A stretch of DNA of 62,761 bases, filler included, from Perkinsus olseni (lineage: Eukaryota): NCBI GenBank assembly GCA_013115125.1. It is 6 parts of 6 records of this genome, joined end to end, with 100 filler letters (N's around TTAATTAATTAA, not from the genome) between each part and the next. Parts side by side here need not be neighbours in the genome. Positions count along the whole stretch, not along the records: positions 10,496 to 20,882 come from JABANN010000880.1; positions 20,983 to 31,357 come from JABANN010000881.1; 4 more parts are not named here. The stretch is one strand, 5' to 3'. The notes beneath the pieces were generated by a model that saw nothing but the letters and a program-made list of their open reading frames with translations, was not told the origin of the DNA and made no database searches. The position numbers and the translations under genes are program-made. Of the stretch, positions 10,496 to 23,632 are shown in pieces. How positions within the stretch are numbered: the stretch's first letter is position 1; the number at the start of each line of letters is the position of its first letter.

Positions 10496-12149
10496 TACCA
10501 AAACTGGTGCTGCTTTGGCGAAGTTGCTGTTGGAAACAATCGAGGCGGTGGGCCTGCCGAGGGACTTCATCAAACAGAATTGCGTGAGCCTCTCCACTGA
10601 CGGCGAGTATGTGAATTTAGGCGTAGGTGACAAGCTTAATGCCCTTCTGGGATTGGAGGTGAGCGCAGAAGGCCCACAAGTCTATCATGGGTGGGACGTC
10701 GCTCATAGACTCGAACTCTGTCACTCTGATGCTCACAAGTTGGTCGATATCCGCGGCAAGTTGCATGATGAGATGCCCTCGCACTTCGGAGCGAGTTACG
10801 AGAGAATCAAGCGAGCCGCTGATGAGTTGAACACTAGATTCTACGCCCCGGTAGCATTCTGCAAAACGAGGTGGTGCGCGTCGGAGAGGCGGGTTTTCCT
10901 TAACTTCAAAAGCAACCTGCTCGCAATCCACCGGTCTGATGACGATGATCCCAAAGCCGCCTATCTGGACGTGAGATGGGTGTTCACCTTCGTCGTGATG
11001 CTCGACGTTCTTGAGCATATGAGCCGGGCGTCCTTACTAGCTCAAAGGGTGAGTCTCCGACCGTGGCAGATATGGCGGAGCCTATGTGATTATCGCGATG
11101 CACTAATCATCGTTGAAGCTGAGCTGGGCATGCTGGCTGAGGCGGCGGACCCGCAAGCGGAGCTTACTGCTGATGACTTCATCATCGAGGCACTTCCGAC
11201 CCTGAAGGAGGTCGACTTCGTAGGGTATTCGTGGATGGGGCTTGCCCTGTGGCATCCTACGAAGTACACCCTGAAAGAGGTGGTCTCATTCGCGGCAGGT
11301 AGGGCTAAAACGTGGATCGGTGCTCTGCTGCGGTCATTTAAGACACGCCTTTTCGGTGACATACCCGAGTGGCTACAAATGGCTGAATATACGCTTGGCG
11401 CCAAAGGACTCCTCGATGATGGAGACCTTTCTATCTTGCGTTATTCTTATGATAGGCCTGTGGAACTGGGTGATGGGGCTTTTGAAAGCCACGGTGCAAC
11501 AAAGGATGAGGTCTTTGGTCGCCTTGCCACGTGGGTTGGAAACTACACTGGCCAGCATCTAGACATCGAGGCAGTCGTGGGCCAGTATGCTACTCTGCGA
11601 CAGAGAGTTCAAGCTGACACTGCCAGTAGCTCCCCTCAAAGTCTCTGTATGAGCAGTCTCTGGGAGAGAATACACTCTGATAGGTCCTTCTTCGAAGGAG
11701 TGGGAGATGCCTTGTGGATAGCAGGTCACCTGAGCCTTCGGGTGAGCGCAGAGAGCGTAGTTGAGTCTATGTGCTCAACGCTGGGATCTGTGAGCGATCG
11801 TCGCCATGCTTCGGCAGACTTGCGTGCTACCACAGGTATAATATCGTGGAACAAGCTCCAGGTCGCAGATGTAGAGCCTCTCCTCCAAGGCGCTCTGCTG
11901 AGAATGCCCTCAAGTTTCTCAGGCTTTCAGCGCTCAGGCGCGCAACTATTCAGGAATCGCAAATTCAAATATTCGCAGGTCCTCGATAGAATTTTGGCTG
12001 CCGATTTACGCAAGGAAATATCAGCGGTTCCTTGGACTGTTATCAAGCGTGTACCTCGTTCAGGAGAATCTGCGTATGAACACAAACTAGACAGCGAATC
12101 ACTTGAGTCCGAATCAGACTCAGACTCGGACTCAGGTAGCTCTACTTAA
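10496..12149 (+). CDS. hAT-like DDE transposase, 5'-truncated at contig edge
   Basis: Intronless ORF with STDGEY, WDVAHRLEL (CxxH-like), KTRW and C-terminal SAESVVESMCS in the order expected for hAT transposases. Confidence 0.7.
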
Positions 12150-13168
12150 TCTTCAGTAGATGGTCCGTCACGGACTTTCATCGGTTTATGGCAGATATTC
12201 TGTTAAATTTGTCGCTTGCGATGTCATCGGATGATAGGGTACGCACGCACTCGTGGTGCCAAGGCCTCTTCGTGCCAAGGCCAACTTTTCACTTCTTAAT
12301 AGTTATCGGATTTATGAGACCTGGATTACTTTCAGTCACGGCGGTTTTGAGACTTCCAGGAATCATTTCTACCTTTTCATTGAAACCTCAGTGGGAATGC
12401 GTTCAGTCCGGGACTGTCCGACAGCAAGCGTGCTGTACTTATTTTGAAGCTCGCATGTCACATCCGGCACCCTGACTCCAAAGGAGTCTTTCAATTCGAG
12501 TCTGAAGCTTCTTCCATAAGAGCATATCACGACACGGCAGAGTGCTAGGGGGTTTGAGGAAAATGCCTCCGCCAGTGGTTGAGGAACGTGTGCAAATTTT
12601 CCCACACAATACTCAGTATTGTCATTGGTGACGGAGGAAGGGGTCGGGGGAGGTACCCCTCTATTCCCTTGCAAACTGCTTTCAACGCCTCGTATCCAGC
12701 AGCGGTCACTGACAGTGAGAATGACGTCAACTCAGAGTCGCAAGAGCGTCCAGTACTGATCTTGAATTTCCCCTGGTTTAATAAAGCAATTCTGAAAGCC
12801 AGAATCGATTCTGGAATTGATTTTAACGTGTAAAATGCGGTTCTAGAGTCGATTAAGAATCTCAATACTCTTTTATCGACGACCCTATTGACTCACATGA
12901 GAGACGCGTCTACAACACGAACTCGAAGCTGAACTTGAGTGAATCGAAGCCGAGTATACAGCAGAGTAGCATCCAATGAGGGATATATCCCACGTGGATT
13001 GCCTGCATGTCCCTCAAGTCATCGGAAGGTCCCCCGTTCGAATCCAACCCGGGTTGTTTTTCCGAAGGTTTCACAGCCACTTGCTCGTACAACCACCCTT
13101 TGTGCTTGCTAATGCCCCTACCTGGCCGAGCGAGCCGTCCATGCTTGAAAACAGCCAGTAGTGCTTGG

Positions 13169-13253
13169 GCCTCCGAAAATTAGTATAGCGACGGTCGTGA
13201 CAAGAGCGTGGCGAGCGCGAGAAAATCGGTCCCGGGTTCGAATCCCAGGAGGT
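13169..13253 (+). ncRNA. tRNA-like sequence with A/B-box-like motifs, non-canonical
   Basis: GCCTCC...TAGTATAGCGACGG...GGTCCCGGGTTCGAATCCC AGGAGGT; T-arm and end pairing present, no valid anticodon arm. Confidence 0.5.
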
Positions 13254-13777
13254 ACTCTTCAACATCACAAATTGTCTCCGCCGACTAAACCCCTTGCCAG
13301 CAGGGATTTGTGTTGGTGCAGTAGTTTGGAAGAGCTAGTGTGAATGACGTGGCACTGGTAGTGCAGCGGGAGTAGTCGATTGCAGTGGACACTCTTTCTC
13401 CGCTTTGACAATTTCCACCATTTTCGTCGCGTTCAGAGTAATACCTGGACGTATCTTAGGTCGATCATGGCATGTAACGATCGTGCTACCTACTTGCAGT
13501 TTATCAACCGAGTATCTTTCATAGTGAAGTCAGCGGAATATCCTTGTGTAAGGCTATCGCATGCCACCTGTTATTGTTGAGCTAGAATCTTTATTATTCA
13601 ACAGAGTTGTGTTCGTCCACTATTCTGATTCTTTATGCCACATTCTCGCCTGTAGTGTTAACTTTCGGGTTTTTTACATTTTCTATTGTTCAAAGTTTCT
13701 GGCACCTCTAGCTGTTCTTCAACCCAGTTTTCCACCATCGGTGTGCGTGACGGTGCTCTTTTCCTTTTTCTCCTTTC

Positions 13778-16700
13778 ATGTCGATCACCACCACTACGTC
13801 GTCGTTCGTCAACAACAACTCGTCCATCGACACGTTACAGACCCCTCTTCTGCAGCAACCCTGTAAGAACCCTGACTGTAAGTGCCGTAAGGAGTCCAAG
13901 GCCACCGGAAGTGCTGCGAGAAAGCGCTGTTTGAGTTGCTCTTGTGGAGGTAATATTGGGGCGCGTGACGCTGATCACTGTGTATCGGGGTATTGAGAAT
14001 CTTAGGTTGATCATGGTGTCCGTTGGTAGAATCTAGTATGATGTTCCTCTGTAGGATTCGCGCAATCTGCACGCATGCCCACGAGTGCATGCGTGCAATC
14101 GCACCAAATTCACCCTGTCACGCTCGAGTATCTTCTAACCCCTTCGGTGCGACGAGCGTCTCGCAGTTTGATTCTCACATTCATATTGTCATTCTCGGAG
14201 TCTTCAATCGTTTCATCACCGCCGGTCTTCCGGACCGACGAATTGGATCCTCTCTCAGACATGCAGGCGGGCGCTGTTATTGTGAAGGTCGGCGGAATGA
14301 CCTGTAGCTCCTGCGTGAGCACGGTCGAGAACGCTGTTAATGCCTTGCCATTCGTGGACTCGTGCAGTGTCAATTTGGTTACTACCAAGGCTGAAGTCAA
14401 AATTCATGCGGCTGCAGGTAATGGTATCTTTAGGTTGAGCGTGCAAGATACGAAATAACTCAAGGTGGAGTCACCATCTGTTGTTGCTTCAGTTGATTTA
14501 CAGCCCGGGTCGGAGCCTGTAGAGGAAATAGTAGACACCATAGAGAGTGTAGGGTTCGAAGCTGAAGTTGTTGGTATTACCAAATTCGAGGCTAAGGAGG
14601 CGACCGAGACCGCCGTGTTAAGTGTAGGCAACCATTCTTCCATAGCCTCTCTTCGACCTAAGATTCTCCTAGATATCTGGTATGTCCTGTGCATCCTGTG
14701 TAGCAAGCATAGAGCGCCTAGTAGGGAACATGGATGGTGTCAAGACTGTTGCCGTTGACCTCATCAAGGGTAATCATTCCCACTAGCTGGACCAATGCTA
14801 CCCTCCCTCTTCAGGCATGGCCTCGGTTACGTATATTATCGGTAAGTCCTCTGCTGATAAGGTATCGGAGGCGATAGAGAGCATCGGCTATGACGCTCGT
14901 GTGGAGCACATTGTGAAGGTAGTAGTGGTCGCACGTCAATGACCACCAAGGCGTTCATCATCCTCAGCCCGTTGCCAGTCCTAAAGGGTCTCCAGGGCAA
15001 GTCCCAGCGGAGCCCACCGTCTTGAGGGTCTGCCCAATCTCTCCAGCGGCTGGAGTTGAATTTGAAGATGCACGTAAAATTCTGAACAACACTCCCGGGG
15101 TTGTTGGCCTGTTCGAGTCGACCAGCGGCGACTCGGGCGTAGTACAAATTTCCTACGTACCCTCTCGCGAGCTCGGCGCCCGGGACATCTTGGCTGAGCT
15201 TGGTCCACAGTGGCGACTGGCTCCTCGGAACCCCTCCACAGGCTACCACATGGACCCTGTCTTGAAGCATCGTATACTGCTGGCTATCCCCCTGGCCATC
15301 ATCGTCGAGGTTCTCTCTATGTCCATGCTGGGCTCTTTATTAGGCTGCTGGTTGCCTGTTGTGCTTTTAGTAACGGCGTTCCCAGTGCAGTACTATTGTG
15401 GTTGGGGGTTCCACAAGCACGCCATCAGAGGCCTGGCCCACTGCAGCCTTTCGATGGACTTTCTGGTCTCCTTCGCGACCAACATGGCCTTCATTTATTC
15501 GGCTGTTTGGGTCTTCCTCAACCTTCCTGCGCTCATCAGTGGTCGAATGACCTCTCACAATACAGACTTCAATGACTGCATGTTCTTCGAGACCACCACC
15601 ATCCTGATCACGGTATTGTTGCTGGGTAAGGCGCTGGAATCCAGAGCGAAGGCTAGCACGGCCAGCGCCCTTGCTGAACTGTCCTCCCAGCGGCCGACGG
15701 ATGCCACCATAGTAGAGGAGGAGGACGGGTCACTACGGACCATTGATGTAGACTTGCTGCACATTGGCGACCGCGTGAAGGTCCTTCCGGGTGGCCATGT
15801 CCCTGCTGATGGTACTGTGGTGATGGCCGGTCTGAACACGGCATGTGATGAGAGTCTGTTGACTGGTGAGAGCAGGCCAGTGAAGAAGGGTGAGGGCGAC
15901 GAGGTCGTCGGCGGCTCGATCTGTGTGTCGGGTGGTATGGAGTTCACAGCCACTCGAGTGGGCTCTCAGACGGCCCTGGCGAGGATCCTTCAGCTGGTGG
16001 AAAGCGCCCAGGCGTCCAAGCCTGCGGTCCAGCGGGCGACGGACAAGGTGGCCGCGGTCTTCGTCCCCGCCATCCTGGCCTTCTGCGCCATTGTAGTTTG
16101 CGTGTGGGCCGTGGTGTCGGCTGTGAGTCCTCCCCAGAGAGCCGCTGATATGACTGATGCAGAGAAAGCCTTGCTTGTCTTCCGTTTCGCGCTGTCTATT
16201 CTGATGGTGGCCTGCCCCTGTGCCCTGGGTCTGGCCACTCCTACAGCGGTCGTTGTGGCGACGGGTGCAGCGGCTACACGCCTTGGCTGCCTGGTTAAGG
16301 ACGCCCAGGTCTTCGAGGTAGCCGGAAACCGCAAAAGGAAGATGGCTGTTGTACTGGATAAGACCGGGACCCTTACTGAAGGGAAACCAGGCGTTACCAA
16401 GACCATAGGCTTCCAAGACAGTCGGGCGAAGGCGATGCTGGCCGCGGCCGAGGCCAACTCAGAGCACCCAATAGCGACGGCCATCAGCGCTTGGGCGGCT
16501 CCGGCTGGAGTTGACTCGACCCTCACCGTCACAGGCTTCGAGAACATCCCTGGAGTTGGTGTGAAGTGTGACGTCGATGGTCATCATATTCGAGCCGGCG
16601 GCGACCTGTCCTGGGTGGTCGGCTCCGAGACCATGGCTAAGGGGATGATGGAGTATGTAGAGTGGATGCAGAGAGAGCGTGACGATGGTGCTGTGGTGGT

Positions 16701-18066
16701 GGCTGCTGCTGTTGATGGTGTGGTACAAGGATGCATAGCCCTGAAGGACAGGCTAAGGCCGGAGAGCGCTGATCTCGTTCATCAATTGAGGTGATCTTGG
16801 GTCCTGCAGCCATGCGTATTGTGCGTACGGTATAGCAGATCTTTCAAATTCTTGGTCTATGTCGTTTTCCCTCTCGCCTGCGTTTTTCCGGCTTCGTCCA
16901 GGCACGATCATCATCGCTGCTCAGATACGCCCTCGACCTGTCAGTCTGGATGTGTTCGGGAGACCACGAGGCCACCGCTAAGAAGGTTGCTGTCGACCTG
17001 GGGATCGAGAACGTGATAGGCCAGGCCAGACCCTCCGATAAGATGGCCCTCATCAGACGTCTCAAGCTCAACGGTAGTCTCAGCTTCGACTGCCTTCTCG
17101 CCATGCTCGTGTCTTAGGTAATACCGTTCTGATGGTGGGTGATGGTGTGAATGATGGCCCAGCACTGGCAGCAGCAGACGTTGGAGTGGCTGTTGGGTCG
17201 GGTGTGGACGTGTCAACTGATGCTTCTGATGTCGTCATACACAGTCTCAGAGGCCTAGCACCCTTCATAGTTTTGTCGAGGCAAACACTGAAGTAAGTCT
17301 CGGGAGGACAAGTTAGGACGGTTCGTCGCTCGTTGTTGCCCGGTATTGGTGTATGCCCCGTTGTTCCCTTTCGACACGCCAATCACTAAAACCAGTATTA
17401 TCTCAGCACATACTGCGTGCTTGTGTCTTTAACTTTAGTATGGTATGCATCGATGTGATTGTGGTTAGGTCCATTACTGATGTTAGCTGATAGGTACGTG
17501 CAGTAGTTTATACATGAATACTGTATAGAAAACTACATCTTCGTGAACAGTAGAGTCTTAATCCGAATTTGTTTGGAGTATAATGTGAGAAGTTGATTTC
17601 GCCTCAACTACTGAGAGTCTGAACCTGACTTATTAACCCGCTATTCGTCACGATGGTATTATAACATCCCTACACAAAATACCATTGGAATGAATACACC
17701 GTCCAAAGACTGTAACTAAATATCGAGCATACATAGCTGCCATGGCATCGTTGTATCGCCGGCTGTCCGCTGTTGGGCCGGCTCATCATCATCACAGTAG
17801 CTATTTTCAGGACCATCTGGCGCAACCTCTTCTGGGCCTTCATCTTCAACATCATCATGCTGCCCTTGGCAGCGGGCATCCTCTACCCGCCGACTGGCAT
17901 CACCCTACCTCCTGAAGTGGCGGGAGTGGCTATGGCCTGCAGCTCGCTGGTCGTCGTTACCAACTCGCTCAGTATTCAGTACTGGACTAAGTCGAGATAT
18001 GGTCATGATGAGGATCTTAGCAAGGCTATCCGAGAAGCGACTGGCAGGAAAGCCGGGAAGGAGTGA
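13778..18066 (+). CDS. P1B-type copper-transporting ATPase (ATP7/CopA-like), multi-exon
   Basis: HMA motifs GMTCSSC and [43 protein letters not shown]-terminal [15 protein letters not shown]. Confidence 0.95.
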
Positions 18067-18151
18067 TCATCTGAGTGACCCGGGTTCAATTCACGGCGGC
18101 GTCATTTTTTGATGAACGATATTATCTATATATTACCGTCTAGCATTGTTC

Positions 18152-20352
18152 ATGCCGTTCACGGCTGAACTGCAAACATTTGTTCAAGCTGTAAAGCAAA
18201 AGGCGACCTACAGTTTCGATACCGCTTCGATGTGGCGTTGTTCATGGTGCGTATCTTGAGGTCGATGTTGGCGCGAGACGAAATTCTGCAGCCGCTGACT
18301 GGTCATTCCGATGGCTAATTTTTTACTACACGCCCTCATTCTTGGGCCTCTAGTGAGATATCTTACTTCACCGGCCAGGACCTGGTCTCGGAGAACTGGT
18401 GAGCATCCACAGGGCTAGTCAGTCGCCGTCATTTACTGCTCAGGAATGGCGTTGGCAGTAGGCGTGCTGGCCTTGGTGGCGATGAACGAGATACAGCGAC
18501 CAGAGGAGAATTGTTATGAGCTGCTGGGCTTGGACCCTGCCGTGTCGATCACCAGTAGGTTAACCGTGTATTCCCGCGAGAGGTCTCATGAGTGCATGAT
18601 ACTCTACTACGTATATTTTCAATAAAGCGATTCATTCTCCGACCTAAGGTCCTAGTTTCTTACCGGACGTTTCTCTAATTCGAAATCATATACAACTTCG
18701 TATCAGAAGCAGCTGGCGTGATCGTCGCGCTTCGCTCGCCTAATGTGTATAAATGTCTTTGTATTTTAGAGGGGGACATGTCGAGAGCATATCGCCAGGC
18801 CTCGCTGCAGTACCATCCAGATCGCAATCCGACTCCGGAGGGCGAGGTGAGGTACTCGGGTCTCTCGTTTCTCGTCATCGTCTCTTCAGATTATGTTTAT
18901 GAAGATAGCGCAGTGCCAGGAGTTGCTCTCGGATCCGCAAAGGAGGAGAATTTATGACAGATTCGGAGCGGTCTCGAACGAGCAAATGGCAGCGGTAGTA
19001 TTCTAAGCTGGGTGCTTATTACTTCGGGACCGCGGTCGATTTACCGTCTCGGGCGACCAGGGCCTGTTGGTCTCAGATGGATGAAAACGTCTACACTATG
19101 TTGGCTTCGGTGTCGATGATAAAGTATTTCGTGGAGTTCATTCTGGGTATCCTCTTTACGGCCACATCGGACCTCACGGCGGCTCGCTACTGGATAACGC
19201 TCTATCTTGTCTTCACGTTCTCTTGTGAGGTCCTCATGAAGTTCATAGGTAGGTCAGTTGCCCTTTGAGGAGTGATCTGGGGAAGGAGTGGTACGATATT
19301 ACCGCAGGTTTTGGTGGTATGTTCTCGTTTGTGCCAGTGTTGGGGAGCTTCAGGACCTTCGAGAAGGTCGAGGCACTAAAAGACTTATTTCCGGTGAGCA
19401 TCGTCTTCCTGCCTCGCGCTGTATTGTATAAGTTTCGCTAAGCCAACCTTCAATCATGGCGGAAAGAAAGTGCGTGCTGACTTCTAAGCAGCATTATTTC
19501 AGGCGATCTTGTCTGGGAGCATCTTACTATCAAGAGCGCTGTATGTGGACAGGAAGCGAGAGGTGCAGTACGTACTAGCTCATGTAGTCAAGTCCACCAA
19601 CGACATGGCCACCTATGTGAAAGCTCGAGGTCGGGCCTTCACAGCCACTCCGCTGGTCGTAGTGTCCGCAATAGGTGACAACCCTGGAGTTGGAGAGAAA
19701 GCCTCGGTCCCTGATGCCGCTGCTGTGGGAATGATGAGAGGTCAGGGTGTGACGATCGATGCTATGTTGGAGCCATCAACAGGCCAACAATCTAAGTCGA
19801 AAGGTAGACAGATTCAGCTAGCCTTGCATCACCTTCGTCTGCTGTGGGTCCTCCTCGTTGTGGCGTCGTCATCTTCATGAAAGTGTGCAATATTCACTTG
19901 TGATAAGTATAAGACCATCAGTGTGATAGATTATAGTATATATTACATACCATAACATACGAAGCATGCTCATACATAAATTATTGTATCGAAATCAAAA
20001 ATCATTTTATGACACACCCACTTTTACCAACCTGCTTGCAGACTAATTTCTGAGGCTAAACGGACCTTCGGCGATGGCGGACATTATGAGAGGGCCAGCT
20101 CTTTTTTTAGATACTCAGCCATTCTTGGACCACACTGTCCCTGCTGGGGAGGACGAGAAGAAGAAATCTACCTCCCGCGAGCAGCAGCAGCAGCCGGCAG
20201 CTCAACCCGTGGCCCGACCTGTCGAGCCTCCGAGCACTTTTCAGAGGATACTCAACTTCATTTTCTGGCTGTATGTTGTTAACCAAGTCGTCATTCTGAT
20301 GAAGGGTTTGTTGACTACAGCAGGAGCACCATCGGAGACCGGAACAATATGA
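18152..20352 (+). CDS. DnaJ-domain membrane protein, multi-exon
   Basis: Exons encode ENCYELLGL and AYRQASLQYHPDRN (HPD), followed by hydrophobic segments; 5' end uncertain. Confidence 0.7.
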
Positions 20353-20882
20353 CTCCGTTTCCCTTCGGAGATACTCTCGTTGCGTTTCGACAAGTCTTCG
20401 TCACGGGACAAGTCTCTCCCCCTGAGTGGAAGCGCCGGTCTTGGTCTGATGGATTGGCCTTCGTAGCTCGGTCTTGCAAACTCTCTCATTTACGCTGTTC
20501 GTGAAATCTCTGTTCGCGGACAGGCTTACCTCACCTGTCGATGCGACAGTGAAGTGAACGCTGATGAAACCCTGATGCTGGCGTAGTGATACTTAGCGTA
20601 ATGAATACTGTGAACAATGACACAAAGGGTTGTCCCTTGTAAGATACACCGCCTTAAGATACGCGCTAAGCTGAGGGGCCCGATTTGAGGATCGTGCTGA
20701 ATAGTCGTTCGTTCATTTAATGTAACTTCGGTAGTATATAGGTTGTTGGATTGTGTAGACCTGACGCCACTTTGCTTGTTGCAGTTCAATTTTTATTAAT
20801 TTTGGCCTTTTCGCTCATACCGTCGTTACTATGAGTACTTCTACTGATACCAACGCTATTGCTTCTCTATTGGAGGCCGCCT

Positions 20883-20982
20883 NNNNNNNNNNNNNNNNNN
20901 NNNNNNNNNNNNNNNNNNNNNNNNNNTTAATTAATTAANNNNNNNNNNNNNNNNNNNNNNNNNNNNNNNNNNNNNNNNNNNN
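20883..20982. other. artificial contig linker
   Basis: N44-TTAATTAATTAA-N44. Confidence 0.99.
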
Positions 20983-21389
20983 TGCCCAGGCTCGCTGATG
21001 TGTCGCTTGCGCGACAGTTTATGGTTTTTGGCAAACCCGGCGCCTTACCACCAAGCAACTGCTTTCGACGAGCACTATTGCTCACGTATACTCACGCTTT
21101 CTGATACTACACGTATCAATCCAAATTACATTTGGATTGATAATCCATGATCGAACTTCGATCCTATGTACAGGCTCGGCACGACAGGGAGGAGATAAAT
21201 AGTCAAGTAGAGGCGGCAGTGCGCCAAGGCGAAAATTTTTTAGGCAAGTCGCGGAGCGGCTCCGCTATGAGTTTTTCGTGTACGAGTCTTCGATGTACGG
21301 GTATTTGGTGTACGAGTCGAAGGTGTACGAGTATTCGAGACATGAGTCGAGAATGTACGAGTTTTCGGTGTACGAGTCGTGGACATCCC
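20983..21389. mobile_element. end of non-autonomous TIR element, family B copy 1; other end not in contig
   Basis: TGTACGAG ladder ending tgtacgagtcgtggacatccc; 21160-21389 is an inverted, diverged copy of 24794-24970. Confidence 0.75.
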
Positions 21390-22690
21390 CTTCAAACACC
21401 CGGGTGTGAGTGCCATGAAGGACCTCGTTGAGCAGTTCTGCACATTCAAGAAGATTTCCCGCGAAGTGAAGAGGTTTGTCCGTTCCTGTGATGTCTGTGC
21501 GGTTGCTAAGACTGGCAAAAAGCTGAACAAGGCGATAAGTTCACCACGGTGCCGGGTTAAGCTTGATGGGGAATCATAGGGTTGGATCTGTACGGGCCCT
21601 TGCCTACAGTGGAGAAGTCTTGGGCCTTGATTGGTTGCGACTATATCACCAAGCTGGTTTCGGTCAAGATCGTTGATAATCCTTCTGGGTCAGCAGTATC
21701 GACAGTCTTATCGAAATGATAGGCGCTGAAGGCATACCGAAGGTTGTAGTATCCAATCGAGGAGGACGCTTTACCTCGGCGACATTCAAGCAGACCCTAT
21801 CACGCTACAACGTCGTTCAAGCCCTTTATCATGCGAAATACCCAGCTCAAAGGGGTTGGTTAGAACGAGGCCATAACGAGTTCGGCGCCATCTTGAAGGC
21901 GTCTACAGTCGGAGACGGTGCAACACGGCCATGGTCTCTTGATGACGCCAGTCTGTGGATCAGTATGGCTGCATTTACAATGACTTGTCTGCCATACTCA
22001 GACGCGGACGATAAAGCACTCTGCCCTTGATTATGCTGCCGAGCCTCCGCTAACATGGTCGACAATGTTCTCGGCACGGATGAGGAGGCTGTTTCCCAAG
22101 CCAGGGCTTGGCTGGGAAGTGGTTTACTATTCGACCATCTGACCTCTGACATCGCCCAGATCCGTGATACTTGTTCAGAAGAGTGGGGCCAGTCCTTGAA
22201 GGGCCTACAAGACCTATGGCAAAAACGCCGAGTACAAGTCCGCCGTCGCTTAGCTGGTAGCCGTCGCCTCAAGAACGAGCACTTGAAGGCCGGTGACGTG
22301 GTGTGGAAGAAGAACTACAACGTTGACAAGTTCGGCAACCTCTTCACCGGATCATTTACAGTGACAGCAACTGAGGGCGTGACGATCTCGATAGGCGACA
22401 AGGGTGGGCAGACGTCGGTGTGCGGTATCCATCAACTCAAACGAGGCGGAGCCAAGATCAAGATCGCTCGAGAAGGAGTGGACATTATCAAGAAGGCCGC
22501 TAGTGCCCAAACAGAGACTGAGCTTACCAGACCGGCATTAGATGAGTCCGATCTTCGCCAATGGAGATATGCAGTGATGAATGAAGAAGCTATGACTCGC
22601 AGCAAGGAGAGCTCTGGAGAAGATGGACGACGTCATCAACACCAACGGCAACAAGGAGCCCAAGGTCCGGAGACGTTAACCTCACGATGA
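21390..22690 (+). pseudogene. Ty3/gypsy integrase remnant with frameshifts and a stop
   Basis: HPGVSAM..VRSCDVC zinc finger, GLDLYGPLP, GIPKVVVSNRGGRFTS, QRGWLER and LKAGDVVWKK split over several frames. Confidence 0.85.
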
Positions 22691-22844
22691 TTCTCGGCGA
22701 CTAAGAGGCTACGGCTCTAGCAGTAGCCTGAGGGAGTGTGCCGAGAACCGAACTTTTTTACTAAGCAGCTCACGAGAGCGCCTCTGTGCATGCGTGCAGA
22801 GAATTGTGTTACACAATTTGTGTATGAGTTGAGTATCCTTAGCG

Positions 22845-23128
22845 GGGTGAGTATCATATCGTACAGTGTCAACTGGTACAGGTCTCAGCTGGTGCGCAGC
22901 TAAAGTGGTACAAGAATAATCCGTACAACCGACTTTTATCTTGTGACTGGTTGACACTGTGAGATTCGACACTGTACAGAATGATACTGTACTGAGTGCA
23001 ACAAGCCGAAATGACAATGTACAAAGCGAAACTGTACGACTGGAAACTGTATGAGGTGGAACTGTACGAATTTGTGTTACACGAGCAGAGTTTCTTCGAG
23101 TTGCAACTGTACGATATGATCCTCACCG
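22845..23128. mobile_element. 284-bp MITE, family A copy 1, with 8-bp TSD
   Basis: Termini GGGTGAGTATCATATCGTACAG / CTGTACGATATGATCCTCACCG; CCTTAGCG at 22837-22844 and 23129-23136. Confidence 0.92.
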
Positions 23129-23632
23129 CCTTAGCGTGGCGCTAGTGGTACCACAGCATCACTTAGACCTTTGATTATTGACTCTCAATTATCCTTTTTG
23201 TGTTGCGCAATTTCGGCACAGCTGGGTGCACGCTCCCCACATCGACGCAGAATGCGAGCTGAGAGGCGTCAGTGAAGACATTGAGGGTCTCCAAGCTGAA
23301 GGGCGTTCCAAGTAGTCTGGGAAAATGTCGGCGAGAATGAACCGACTCGGGGCACCTCCTTCCATGGAAGGAGACAGCGGGTCGTAGTAGCGGTTGATCG
23401 GAGAGACTGCTTGGCGTCGGCTGATACGGGATGGAACAGACTCGGGTAGGGGGTCAGGATAACGATAGCATACCGTGGCCACATCGTTGTCGGTCGGAGT
23501 AGCCCAGAGCTCCTCTCTAGTAACTACAGAGGAGCTCTGGGCAACTACAGTGTAGTTGCCGGCCGGCGAAGGGCGCGCCTTGTTGAAGGACTTCTCTTCA
23601 GTCGCCATGTCATGTAGTCGTGCTGGCAGATG

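Noticed and set aside
15210-16728. Long overlapping or antisense ORFs over the Cu-ATPase (and similarly over other genes)
   Set aside because: Shadow frames of GC-rich coding sequence with no independent motifs
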